NCBI GenBank assembly: GCA_016187745.1
Contig: JACPJC010000005.1
Span: 1 to 64,000 of the forward strand
Direction of reading: 5' to 3'
Origin: Candidatus Iainarchaeum sp.
GTDB lineage: Archaea; Iainarchaeota; Iainarchaeia; Iainarchaeales; JAXPJC01
Length of the DNA: 64,000 nucleotides
How positions within the stretch are numbered: position 1 is the stretch's first letter; every line of letters starts with the position of its first letter. The notes beneath the pieces were generated by a model. The model saw nothing but the letters and a program-made list of their open reading frames with translations. It had not been told where the DNA came from and did no database searches. This document shows, one piece after another, positions 44,295 to 53,520 of the stretch. Made by a program: the position numbers and the translations under genes.

Positions 44295-45881
44295 ATGGAC
44301 GAAGAAATTGCCCATTATTCAAGGCAGATAATTTCCGAAATTATCTCCGGGAAGATTGCTGATTTGAAGCGGCTGAATGAAAGGAAAATGCAATTAAGCA
44401 GGGAGCTGATGATTCCCCGGCTTCCGAAAAACCCGGACATACTCGCATACGCAAAGAAAAAAACCCCGAAATTGATTTCCTTCCTCGGGATAAAGCCCGT
44501 TCGCACGCTTTCAGGGATTGCTGTTGTAGCGGTAATGCCGGCTCCGCAGGAATGCCCGGGAAAATGCATTTACTGCCCCTCAGGAAGGGCCTTCAATAAA
44601 AACTCCCCGAAAAGCTACACAGGATTTGAGCCCGCAACAATGCGCGCTCTCCGCGCGGATTTTGACGCATTTGAGCAGACTTCCGGGCGCATAAAGCAAT
44701 TGCAGATCACAGGCCACAAAACTGACAAAATAGAATTGATTGTCATGGGCGGAACTTTTCCGGCTTGCAGATTTTCCTACCAAAAAAAATTCATAAAGGA
44801 ATGCACCGATGCAATAACGGGCAAAAAGTCCCGCGACTTGCAGCAGGCGCAGAAGAATGCGGAAACCTCAAAACAGCGCCTAATTGGAATTACATTTGAA
44901 ACAAGGCCTGATTACTGCAAGCAGAAGGAAATTAAAAACATGCTTGCATTGGGCGCAACGCGAGTTGAATTGGGCGTGCAGAACATCGATGATGAAATTT
45001 ACAGGAAAATAGGCAGAAACCACAGCGTTGAAGATGTAATAAATGCAACGCAGCTGCTGAAGGATTCCGCGCTGAAAGTCTGCTATCACATGATGCCAGG
45101 CCTGCCCGGCAGCACTTACAAAAAGGATTTGCATGCGTTCAGGGAAATTTTTACAAATCCGAATTTCAGTCCGGATATGCTCAAAATCTACCCCTGCATT
45201 GTGGTAAAGGGCACAAAACTATATGATTTGTGGAAGAAGGGAGCATACAACCCTTACACAACAGAACAGGCAGCAAAACTGATTTCAGAAATAAAGCCCC
45301 TTGTTCCCAGATGGATGAGGATTATGCGCATCCAGCGCGACATTCCACTGCATAAGATCTCCGCGGGCGTTGCCCAGAGCAATTTGAGGCAGATTGTGAA
45401 GCGCAAAATGCGCGCAAAAAGCGCAAAATGCAGATGCATACGCTGCAGGGAGGCTGGCCAGCGCAGCTATCTTGAGAACGAATTTGCCGATATGGAAAAA
45501 ATAAAAATCCTTTCCGAAACCTACAGCGCAAGCAATGGCGAGGAAATCTTCATTTCAGCCGAGGACACAAAAAGGGATTTGCTCCTTGGATTCTGCAGAT
45601 TGCGCATTCCAAATGCGCCATTCATCAAACCACTTACCGAACATACTGCGCTTGTAAGGGAGCTGCACGTTTATGGCGAGCTTCTCGGATTGGGGGAGAA
45701 AAAGCCAGGCGCCTATCAGCACAAGGGCTTTGGGAAGGCGCTCCTGCAGGAGGCCGAGCGAATTGCAAATGCGCAGTATGGCATGGAAAGAATTGCAGTA
45801 ATGTCCGGAATCGGCGCAAGGCAGTACTATAAAAAATTGGGTTATTCCCTTGAAGCGCCCTATGTGCTCAAATCCCCATAA
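44295..45881 (+). CDS. elp3: Elp3 radical SAM/KAT tRNA U34 modification enzyme
   Basis: RTLSG, CPGKCIYCP, ETRPD, VELGVQ, RELHVYG, QHKGFG. Confidence 0.97.
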   Translation: MDEEIAHYSRQIISEIISGKIADLKRLNERKMQLSRELMIPRLPKNPDILAYAKKKTPKLISFLGIKPVRTLSGIAVVAVMPAPQECPGKCIYCPSGRAFNKNSPKSYTGFEPATMRALRADFDAFEQTSGRIKQLQITGHKTDKIELIVMGGTFPACRFSYQKKFIKECTDAITGKKSRDLQQAQKNAETSKQRLIGITFETRPDYCKQKEIKNMLALGATRVELGVQNIDDEIYRKIGRNHSVEDVINATQLLKDSALKVCYHMMPGLPGSTYKKDLHAFREIFTNPNFSPDMLKIYPCIVVKGTKLYDLWKKGAYNPYTTEQAAKLISEIKPLVPRWMRIMRIQRDIPLHKISAGVAQSNLRQIVKRKMRAKSAKCRCIRCREAGQRSYLENEFADMEKIKILSETYSASNGEEIFISAEDTKRDLLLGFCRLRIPNAPFIKPLTEHTALVRELHVYGELLGLGEKKPGAYQHKGFGKALLQEAERIANAQYGMERIAVMSGIGARQYYKKLGYSLEAPYVLKSP

Positions 45882-45933
45882 TATCCTACTAATTTATATA
45901 TAATAATTATAGTATTATTATAGAGGCAATTTT

Positions 45934-46281
45934 ATGGGAAAGGCACTGGTAGCAACCCTTGGCGCTGGAAGGGGGACATGGGGCCATGTTGCAAGGCTCA
46001 TTGCTACAGAGGAATGGGATTCTATTCTGCTGGTTTCAAATGAATGGGCCAAGGAGAAGTTCGCCCCCGCAAAGGAAGTGGAATGGATTCTCCTGAACAA
46101 CCGCGCTGGCTTTGACATTATAAAAGACACAATAAAGGAAAAGCTTCCTAAAGGAGAAATTGCAATAAGCATGGCATCCGGCGCGGGAAAAGAGCACATG
46201 GCGCTTATTGCTGCGCTGAATGAAACAAACCGCACTTACACGATCGTTACGCTCACAAAGAATGGCTTAAAGTATTATTGA
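45934..46281 (+). CDS. Small Rossmann-like protein, stand-alone CARF-like domain
   Basis: LVATLG first strand and IAISMASGAGKEHMAL resemble CARF motifs. Confidence 0.55.
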   Translation: MGKALVATLGAGRGTWGHVARLIATEEWDSILLVSNEWAKEKFAPAKEVEWILLNNRAGFDIIKDTIKEKLPKGEIAISMASGAGKEHMALIAALNETNRTYTIVTLTKNGLKYY

Positions 46282-46310
46282 GTTTATTAAGCATTTAGGA
46301 AACTCCCGAT

Positions 46311-46670
46311 ATGTTTGAGTATGTTCTATTAGTTATTGTGGCAATTCTGGCAATCTTCCTTATTTTCCTATACAAGAAATCAAAGTCCCTTGAATTCCGG
46401 CTTTCAGAGCTCGGCTTCAGGAAGGCATCGCAATCAGTGAAATACGGCAAGCTTACGGAGCAGTGGATTCCGATGAGCAGGGATTTCCCCTACAACCCGA
46501 ATGATTTCAGGTTCATTGGCAGCCCCATTGACGGAATTGTTTTTGACGATTCGGAAATAGTTTTCTGCGAATTCAAGGCAGCAAATTCGCAGCTCAACGA
46601 AAACCAGAAGCGCATCAAGCAGCAAGTGGAAAACAAGAAAGTGAAATGGCTCGAATTTAGGGCTGAATAG
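46311..46670 (+). CDS. Membrane-anchored PD-(D/E)XK Holliday-junction-resolvase-like endonuclease (Endonuc_Holl type)
   Basis: N-terminal TM, GKLTEQW, RFIGSPIDGIVF, EFK. Confidence 0.88.
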   Translation: MFEYVLLVIVAILAIFLIFLYKKSKSLEFRLSELGFRKASQSVKYGKLTEQWIPMSRDFPYNPNDFRFIGSPIDGIVFDDSEIVFCEFKAANSQLNENQKRIKQQVENKKVKWLEFRAE

Positions 46671-46704
46671 GAAATGCCACAAGTATTTTTTTATTTTATG
46701 TCCA

Positions 46705-47265
46705 TCAGGCTAAATTTCTCCTGAGCAGTATCATTACAGGAAGGTCATTTTTATGTTGTTTTCTGAGCATTTGCCTTATTTCTGGCAGCGCTGGCAATTC
46801 ATCACGCAGCCCAATGCCAAGAATTCCTTTTAATTCTATTTCACAATGCTTGTCAACCTTCCATCCAAGCCCAAGAAGTGTATTAATAACAGATTTTTTT
46901 GTAGTATTTACAATAGCTTCTTCACCGCCCTTTTCCTTTATTATAAATTCCATTAATCTAAAGCACAACCTTCCGAGATTCAAACCTCGAGATACAGGCA
47001 TTATTTCCCTGTGGTTAATATTCCATTCTTTATTATCAAGAGTTATTGCATTAAATACTGCAATTTCTTTTTTTGTCTTATCACTCAATCTCAAGCCAAT
47101 GGCTCTATCAGACCCGCTACGAATATCATTTGCAAAAATTCTTTCATCCCCCATGATTATATATTCACCTCTCCGCATTTCTCTAAAACTCGGGCTTCCT
47201 TTAGCGCGCCTGACCTTCCATTCCTTTGGAATGTTTTTGTAAAATCTTTCATATGGCATATTCAC
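46705..47265 (-). CDS. GNAT-like basic orphan, translationally coupled to pelota
   Basis: INHREIMPVSRGLNLGR motif A, LGW; ATGA overlap. Confidence 0.65.
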   Translation of the reverse strand: MNMPYERFYKNIPKEWKVRRAKGSPSFREMRRGEYIIMGDERIFANDIRSGSDRAIGLRLSDKTKKEIAVFNAITLDNKEWNINHREIMPVSRGLNLGRLCFRLMEFIIKEKGGEEAIVNTTKKSVINTLLGLGWKVDKHCEIELKGILGIGLRDELPALPEIRQMLRKQHKNDLPVMILLRRNLA

Positions 47266-48305
47266 TCAACCCTGAACCTCAGGAGCGCTGCAATCCCTGT
47301 AAGCCCCTGCAGCTGCTTTCCCGCATCGCCCTCAGCGCTTATTATATGGACCTCGGCATTTGTTTTTTCCGCGCTTTCCATGAGCGCTTCCATTTTTTCC
47401 CGCTCCGCAAACAATTTCTCGTCAGTTATGAGAATTTTCTTGACAGCGCCGTAATTTATTGCATTCTGCACTTCCTTCTCCCCATAGGCAACAAGCCCCG
47501 AATTCTTTGCAAGCTCCTCGTATAATTTTGAAATGTTCCTGATTTCCTCCGCAACCGCAGTTTCCTTCAGCACGCTTTCAATAAGCCCAGACTTTACTGC
47601 CTCATTCAGCCCGGTTTCCCCCACAGAATTTGTTGCGCCCCAAACAATATCAAATTTCGCGCCTTTCTCCTCCAGATATTTCTCAAAATCCTCCTTCGCG
47701 AATCCCGGCCCCGCAACGATTATCTTATCCGCCTTTATTTCGGAAATTTTTTTGAGTAGTTCTGAAAAATACTTTTTCTGTGCATCTTCTGTTGCGTATC
47801 TTTTCCCTGATTTTCCCGCGTGCATTTTCAGCTTGTGCTCCAGCCCGAACTGCTTCACAAGCGCAAAGTCCGCCTGCTCATCATCCATTACCAGCAAAAG
47901 CAATTGAGGTATTTTTGTCGCCTGCTCCGCCTTCTTCAGGCGCGCAATCTGATACTGCTTCAGCTTCAGTTTTTTTATTTTTATCGGCTCGTTCAAAATT
48001 ATTTCAAGAGTATGGGAACTCCCAAGCGGGGCAACATCCTCGGGCTTTGCATATTTCACAGTCCCCGAGGCGCGCAATTGCTTTGAATACTTGTGGAACT
48101 CAACCTTCTGGACGGCAATTTCAAGGAAAAACTTCTCCCTCTTGCTTTCAGCGCCTTCATTTTCACTAACCCTGATTTTCCTAGTGCTTGCTCCGCTGAG
48201 CACATCATTCGGCTCAATTATCCTCTCAAGATGCCAGAGGTCATCAATTGTCTGCGGCACAACCTGCAGGAAATTCTCCCCTGCATCAATCTTCAGAATG
48301 CGCAT
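47262..48305 (-). CDS. pelA: Pelota (aPelota/Dom34)
   Basis: DDLWHL, AGPGF, AYG, GIAALLRF. Confidence 0.96.
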   Translation of the reverse strand: MRILKIDAGENFLQVVPQTIDDLWHLERIIEPNDVLSGASTRKIRVSENEGAESKREKFFLEIAVQKVEFHKYSKQLRASGTVKYAKPEDVAPLGSSHTLEIILNEPIKIKKLKLKQYQIARLKKAEQATKIPQLLLLVMDDEQADFALVKQFGLEHKLKMHAGKSGKRYATEDAQKKYFSELLKKISEIKADKIIVAGPGFAKEDFEKYLEEKGAKFDIVWGATNSVGETGLNEAVKSGLIESVLKETAVAEEIRNISKLYEELAKNSGLVAYGEKEVQNAINYGAVKKILITDEKLFAEREKMEALMESAEKTNAEVHIISAEGDAGKQLQGLTGIAALLRFRVE

Positions 48306-48357
48306 AGATATGTTATGCAGATACTGCTTTTTAACTATTTTTACCCCCCTTCAATAT

Positions 48358-50151
48358 ATGCCAAAGCAGAAAGAGCGCAGGATACGCATTGCGGTAATCG
48401 ACTATGACAAGTGCAAGCCCGAGCTGTGCAGCTACTTGTGCCAGAAATCCTGCCCCGGGGTTAGGATGGGCCAGGACACGGTTTTGATAAATGAGCTTAC
48501 AAAAAAGCCGGTAATTTCGGAGGAACTCTGCACTGGCTGCGAAATCTGCCTGCACCGCTGCCCCACAAAGGCAATAACAATAATCAACCTCGCAACAGAG
48601 CTTGCAAATCCCCTTCACCAATACGGGGAAAATTCCTTCAGGCTCTACCGCCTGCCGCTTCCGAAGGAAAATTCAATTGTCGGAATCATAGGGAAGAACG
48701 CAGTAGGAAAATCCACAGCGCTCAATATAATTTCTGGGCTGCTGGTTCCAAATTTGGGCAATTACAGGAGCGCTTCCCAAAATTATGACGCTGCAATTGC
48801 GCAGTTCAAGGGCAATGAGCTGCAGGGCTTTTTCCAGAAACTGAAATCAAGTGGCATAAAAATTTCCAACAAGCCGCAGAACATAACTGAAATCCAGAAG
48901 ATTGCAGAGGGGAAAGTCCAGGATTTGCTGAAAAAGGCGGACGGGAGAAATGCGCTTCACGAAATAATTGAGCAGATGAATCTGCATCCGCTATTGCAGC
49001 GCAATCTCTCAGAGCTTTCAGGGGGGGAGCTCCAAAAGGTCGCAATTGCGGCATGCGCACTGAAGCTTGCCGACATATACGCATTTGATGAGCCCACCTC
49101 CTATTTGGATGTTTCAGAGCGCCTCAAAATGGCAGTTTTATTGCGCTCACTGGCGGAGCAGGGAAAAAGCATTATTGTAATCGAACACGACCTTGCAGTT
49201 CTGGATTATCTGAGCGATTATGTGCACATCCTTTATGGAAGCCCCGGCGCATATGGAATTGCCTCAAACCCCAAATCCTCAAAGGAAGGGATAAATGAAT
49301 TCCTGCAGGGCTTTATTGCAGATGAGAACATCCGCTTCAGGGAAAAGGAACTGCACTTTGATGTGAAGCCCGCATCAAAGGGGCGCAAAAGCAAAATTAT
49401 TGCAGAATATCCCGCGCTTGACAAGAAATTCCAAAATTTCTCCCTTTCCGCAGAATCCGGCAATCTCTATGAGGGGGAAGTAATTGGGATTTTAGGCGCA
49501 AATGCAACAGGCAAAACAACCTTTGTGAAAATGCTCGCAGGCCTGCTCCAAGCGGACAACTGCCAAATAAATTTAAAATTGAAGGTTTCCTACAAGCCAC
49601 AGTATCTGCAGGCGGAGCAGGGAATTAGTGTGGGGGAGGCATTTGAAAAGGCGCAAATAGATGCGCGGATATTTGAAAGCGAGATTGACAAGAAACTTAA
49701 CATAAGTGCGCTTTATGACAAGAAGCTCCCGGAACTTTCAGGGGGAGAACTGCAAAAAGTTGCTGTTTCACTCTGCTTGTCTAGAAATGACGCTGATTTA
49801 TTCCTTCTTGATGAGCCAAGCGCATTCATTGATGTTGAGGACCGCCTGAAAATTGCGGATGTCATAAAAAGTGTTGTTGACAAGAACGACAAGATTGCAA
49901 TGGTTGTAGACCATGACATCATCTTCCAGGATTACATTTCAAACCGCCTTGTTGTATTTTCCGGAATTCCCGGAAACAACGGAAATGCCTCCCCCCCGAT
50001 GAGCATGCATGAGGGCATGAATGCATTCCTGAAAGGCCTTGGAATTACCTTCAGGCGCGACCCCGCAACAGGAAGGCCGCGCGCAAACAAGCCGGATTCA
50101 GTGAAGGACGCGGAGCAGAAAAAGAAAGGTGAATACTATTATACATTCTAA
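48358..50151 (+). CDS. Ribosome recycling ATPase ABCE1 (RLI)
   Basis: Fe-S domain (CTGCEICLHRCP), two ABC cassettes with LSGGELQ, TFRRD...GRPRANK. Start trimmed to MPKQKE. Confidence 0.97.
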   Translation: MPKQKERRIRIAVIDYDKCKPELCSYLCQKSCPGVRMGQDTVLINELTKKPVISEELCTGCEICLHRCPTKAITIINLATELANPLHQYGENSFRLYRLPLPKENSIVGIIGKNAVGKSTALNIISGLLVPNLGNYRSASQNYDAAIAQFKGNELQGFFQKLKSSGIKISNKPQNITEIQKIAEGKVQDLLKKADGRNALHEIIEQMNLHPLLQRNLSELSGGELQKVAIAACALKLADIYAFDEPTSYLDVSERLKMAVLLRSLAEQGKSIIVIEHDLAVLDYLSDYVHILYGSPGAYGIASNPKSSKEGINEFLQGFIADENIRFREKELHFDVKPASKGRKSKIIAEYPALDKKFQNFSLSAESGNLYEGEVIGILGANATGKTTFVKMLAGLLQADNCQINLKLKVSYKPQYLQAEQGISVGEAFEKAQIDARIFESEIDKKLNISALYDKKLPELSGGELQKVAVSLCLSRNDADLFLLDEPSAFIDVEDRLKIADVIKSVVDKNDKIAMVVDHDIIFQDYISNRLVVFSGIPGNNGNASPPMSMHEGMNAFLKGLGITFRRDPATGRPRANKPDSVKDAEQKKKGEYYYTF

Positions 50152-50160
50152 ATGAAAAAT

Positions 50161-50526
50161 TTAGCCGCGGTATTGTTGTGATATTTGTTTGGCGTCTAGG
50201 TAGATTTTATTTCTGAATCCTACTAATTCTCCCAGCCTTGTTAATTGTTCCTCATCCAGGGGTTTATGCTCCTTTAAAATTGCTTTAAGAAGAGGTATAC
50301 CGTGAGCCTTTCTTTCAGCCCCCGCATACATTTGGCTATTTTTCCCGACTAACTCCCCAAAACGTTGCAATTCCGGAGGTTCTAGGTATCCACGCCCATC
50401 TTGAACCGCAAATAAGGCATTAAGGTTTATTTGCTCTTCTCTAGTTCTTACAACGGCTTTTGGTACTTCATGGCTTCGCTTTTTCCACTTCAGCAGCCAC
50501 CCCCTAACGGCCCCTATATTTGCCAT
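50161..50526 (-). CDS. Orphan protein with an internal two-fold repeat
   Basis: LEPPELQRFGELVGKNSQMY and LDEEQLTRLGELVGFRNKIY. Confidence 0.6.
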   Translation of the reverse strand: MANIGAVRGWLLKWKKRSHEVPKAVVRTREEQINLNALFAVQDGRGYLEPPELQRFGELVGKNSQMYAGAERKAHGIPLLKAILKEHKPLDEEQLTRLGELVGFRNKIYLDAKQISQQYRG

Positions 50527-50564
50527 ATAATAACCTCATTTCCGAGCAAGTTTTAAACCAAACG

Positions 50565-50651
50565 AATTTCACTGGTTTTAACCGGTGGCGTGAGTGTAAT
50601 TCCCAACTATCAAAAACCATATGCCGCTGACTTCAGTCAGTGGTGATTGAC
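50565..50651. mobile_element. Non-autonomous IS200/IS605-type miniature element (two terminal hairpins)
   Basis: CACTGGTT-TT-AACCGGTG hairpin and GCCGCTGACT-TC-AGTCAGTGGT followed by GATTGAC, the hairpin-plus-TTGAC end typical of this family. Confidence 0.6.
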
Positions 50652-50864
50652 TCATACAGGCCTGGGCCCGGATTTGCGGATTGTTCTTTGCATTTTTTTA
50701 TATTTTAGTGCTTTTATTAAAACATTTCTGTAGGCCCTACTTCCCCTTCCAAGCAAAGACCTAAGGTCCCTCCATTGCTCTTTTTCCAAATAACCTTGAA
50801 TTCTGAATGCCCTCAACAGCATATTGCGCAATAATTGTTGTTCTTTAGTCAGAGCCATCATCAT
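50652..50864 (-). CDS. Basic orphan sharing a motif with 50161-50526
   Basis: GYLEKEQWRDLRSLLGRGSRAY; ATGA overlap with the apgM stop. Confidence 0.6.
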   Translation of the reverse strand: MMMALTKEQQLLRNMLLRAFRIQGYLEKEQWRDLRSLLGRGSRAYRNVLIKALKYKKMQRTIRKSGPRPV

Positions 50865-51952
50865 ACCCTTGAAAGTTTCGTAACCAGTCTCATCAAATCC
50901 TTCCCGTAAATGCGCCCAATGCTGCCCCCTGCGCATGCGCTTTCCGAAAATTCCCCAATCCCATCGCCTCTAATCCCTGCTCCGCTGATCAATACTGGAA
51001 CAGGGTCCGCGGAATGGCGCTTCAGCGCGCAGGGAGTTGAATGGTCCGCAGTAATGCAAATCAGCGCATTTTTCTCCTTCACAAGCGGAGCAAGCATTCT
51101 ATCAATTTTCTCAATCGCCTTTTTCTTTGCAAGCGCATCCCCATTATGCCCGAGCTTGGCAGGCCCCTTTATCTGCACATAAATATTTGTTCTGCAATTC
51201 ACTATCTGCCTGACTTCATCCCTGCCGCGCCTTATTACTTTCATCCCCAGAAACTTTCCCAGTCCGATTTCAACAGGCATATCCGCAATAATGCCCCAAT
51301 TATGCATTTTTTTCACATTCCCCGGCTTTTTCCCCGCATCCCTCAGGAGAATAGTCCCGTTATGCATAATCCTCTCTGCATTTGCAATGAATTTGTTTAT
51401 CCTTTTGCAGGTTTTTATCTCCCCCCTGCAAATCCTCTCTATCTTTGTCCGTGTAACCGCGCGCGAAATGCTCCCGTATTTCTCATATCCCGGATGCGTG
51501 TTTGAAACATCCTCAGAGGCGTTTTTCACAATCATAACCGCGCGGTAATCAATTGTCGGGATTATCCTTATTTCAGGGTCAATCATGTTCAGCCTTTCAA
51601 TAATTCCCCTTGGCGGGATTTTCATCCTCACATCAATAATTTTTTTTCCCCTGACCTTTGCAAAATTGCACCTTATTGCGATTTCCCCCCTCTTCAATTT
51701 ATATCCGATTCCAAGCGCTTCCAGGGGCCCGCGCCTCGGGCAGGAATTCAAATCATATCCTAGAATCGCATACTGCGCCGCCCCTGATTCAGGCGCAATC
51801 CCTTTTATCGGCTGCATTATTCCAAGTTTTGCGCGGGATGCAAGCGCATTCAGATTCGGCTTTCCCGCAGCCCCAAGCGGGGTTTTGTTCCCCAATTCCG
51901 CAATTGGCAGATCCCCTATCCCGTCAAGTATTATCAGGATAATTTTTTTCAT
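50861..51952 (-). CDS. apgM: 2,3-BPG-independent phosphoglycerate mutase (archaeal ApgM family)
   Basis: ILDGIGD, KTPL, RGPLEALG, TADHSTP, HSADPVP. Confidence 0.88.
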   Translation of the reverse strand: MKKIILIILDGIGDLPIAELGNKTPLGAAGKPNLNALASRAKLGIMQPIKGIAPESGAAQYAILGYDLNSCPRRGPLEALGIGYKLKRGEIAIRCNFAKVRGKKIIDVRMKIPPRGIIERLNMIDPEIRIIPTIDYRAVMIVKNASEDVSNTHPGYEKYGSISRAVTRTKIERICRGEIKTCKRINKFIANAERIMHNGTILLRDAGKKPGNVKKMHNWGIIADMPVEIGLGKFLGMKVIRRGRDEVRQIVNCRTNIYVQIKGPAKLGHNGDALAKKKAIEKIDRMLAPLVKEKNALICITADHSTPCALKRHSADPVPVLISGAGIRGDGIGEFSESACAGGSIGRIYGKDLMRLVTKLSRV

Positions 51953-52317
51953 TCCACCACTTCAACCTTTTCCCCTTTCCCTTTTACATTAAATGCCCTT
52001 GTGCTATTTAAATTATAGGGGTGCGCCATGATGATGTGCAATTCCCCGAACTGCGCAAAGCTTGAAATATCCGCGGAAGACGGAAAATTATAATTCCCGG
52101 GGTGGGAATGCGCGCTCCCCGCAATCCTTGAATCAAACGGGACCAGCCAGGTTTTTATGAGCGTTGAAGTTCTCCCATATTCCGCAGGCACAACAATAAT
52201 TTCATCAATGATTTTTTCCCTTTTATTTCCCCCGAGAAGCGCGAAGAACTCATCCGGATATGCATTCCTTGCGGCCTCAAGCAAATCCATCAGAACAGCC
52301 CTTTTTATGCGCCACAT
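51949..52317 (-). CDS. JAMM/MPN+ metalloprotease
   Basis: YPDEF and HSHP...PSSAD. Confidence 0.92.
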   Translation of the reverse strand: MWRIKRAVLMDLLEAARNAYPDEFFALLGGNKREKIIDEIIVVPAEYGRTSTLIKTWLVPFDSRIAGSAHSHPGNYNFPSSADISSFAQFGELHIIMAHPYNLNSTRAFNVKGKGEKVEVVE

Positions 52318-52332
52318 GCCAATAACTATAAT

Positions 52333-53520
52333 TCACAAACCCAGATAAAACAGCATTGTAGGCAGCATCAGAAATGCCATTGCGTTTGTGCGCTTTGTCC
52401 CTGTTGCAATCGGTATCAGCCCAATGCTAGTTGCAATTGCGCATATGAACAGCCCAAAAGGCCCGGAAAGCAGCAATACCAGAACGAGCAGTACAGCAAG
52501 GACAATCGCATTAAGCGCCTTGTAATTCAGGTTCTGCACTCCATTTACAAGCGCCTTCGCAAGAATGCCTGTTGCCAAAAAGGCAATTCCTGCAACAAAA
52601 ACGCACACAAGCGCAATAATTATTATTTGTTCAGCCTGCAGATTGATGATTTGCGCAATTGCCGCAGCGCTTCCGGTTCGGGTTTTTCCAAGCGCAAACA
52701 GCACAAAAAAGCCGAATATCATATTGCTTGTTGAAATTCCCCCGAGCATCACAAGATATTTGGAAGTGCTGATTTTCCCAAGCAGCTTGCGCAGAATGAA
52801 TGCGGCCTCATTCGGCCCTATGCTTGGCAGCAAAGCCACAAGGCCTCCCGCAACAGCGCTAAGGAAACTCCCGTGCAGGACCATTTTTTTGCTGTAGTTT
52901 GAGGATTCAATCACCTGTCTTGGAATAGTGGAATTGTTTTTCAGGCTGAAAAGAAGGTTGCTGATTCCGAAAAAGCCCGTAATCAGCGGAAAGAGCGCAT
53001 TGCCCATTGAAAAATTGCGCAAAATATACAGGCCCATGATTCCCGAAAGCGCAATTACAGCAAGCGCCCAGAGTTTTTTGCAAATGTTTTTTTCCGAATG
53101 CACCATCAGGATAAGCACAAGCCCCAGCAGATAGGGGATTGCAATTGTTATCAACGGAATGAATTTTGCAATGAAAACCAGGAACAGCGGGGCAAGCAAA
53201 AGCGCAAAAATTGCCCCGAAAAAGCATCCGAGCGAAGTCAGCTTTATCGCCTTGTATCCCAGGCCTTTAAGCAGCATCCTGTGCCCTGGAAGCACTGAAA
53301 GGAAGGAATTCTCATCAGGCGCCCCGAGAAGGATTCCTGTAACAAAATCCACAAAGCTGTGCATTACGCTCATCGCAACAATCAGCAGCACCAAATTGAA
53401 ATCCCCCAAGGCCGCAAAAAGCAAGAGAACCGCAGAAACAGTATTTATGTGAATTCCCGGCGCAATTCCCGTGAATATCCCTATAATGCATCCGGCAAGG
53501 ACATAAAGCAATTCAATCAT
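52333..53520 (-). CDS. TctA/DUF112-family membrane protein
   Basis: GIAPGIHINT, LGAPD, LPGH, RTG. Confidence 0.88.
   Translation of the reverse strand: MIELLYVLAGCIIGIFTGIAPGIHINTVSAVLLLFAALGDFNLVLLIVAMSVMHSFVDFVTGILLGAPDENSFLSVLPGHRMLLKGLGYKAIKLTSLGCFFGAIFALLLAPLFLVFIAKFIPLITIAIPYLLGLVLILMVHSEKNICKKLWALAVIALSGIMGLYILRNFSMGNALFPLITGFFGISNLLFSLKNNSTIPRQVIESSNYSKKMVLHGSFLSAVAGGLVALLPSIGPNEAAFILRKLLGKISTSKYLVMLGGISTSNMIFGFFVLFALGKTRTGSAAAIAQIINLQAEQIIIIALVCVFVAGIAFLATGILAKALVNGVQNLNYKALNAIVLAVLLVLVLLLSGPFGLFICAIATSIGLIPIATGTKRTNAMAFLMLPTMLFYLGL

Noticed and set aside
48091-48357. N-terminal extension of ABCE1
   Set aside because: It overlaps pelota on the opposite strand; homology begins at MPKQKE.
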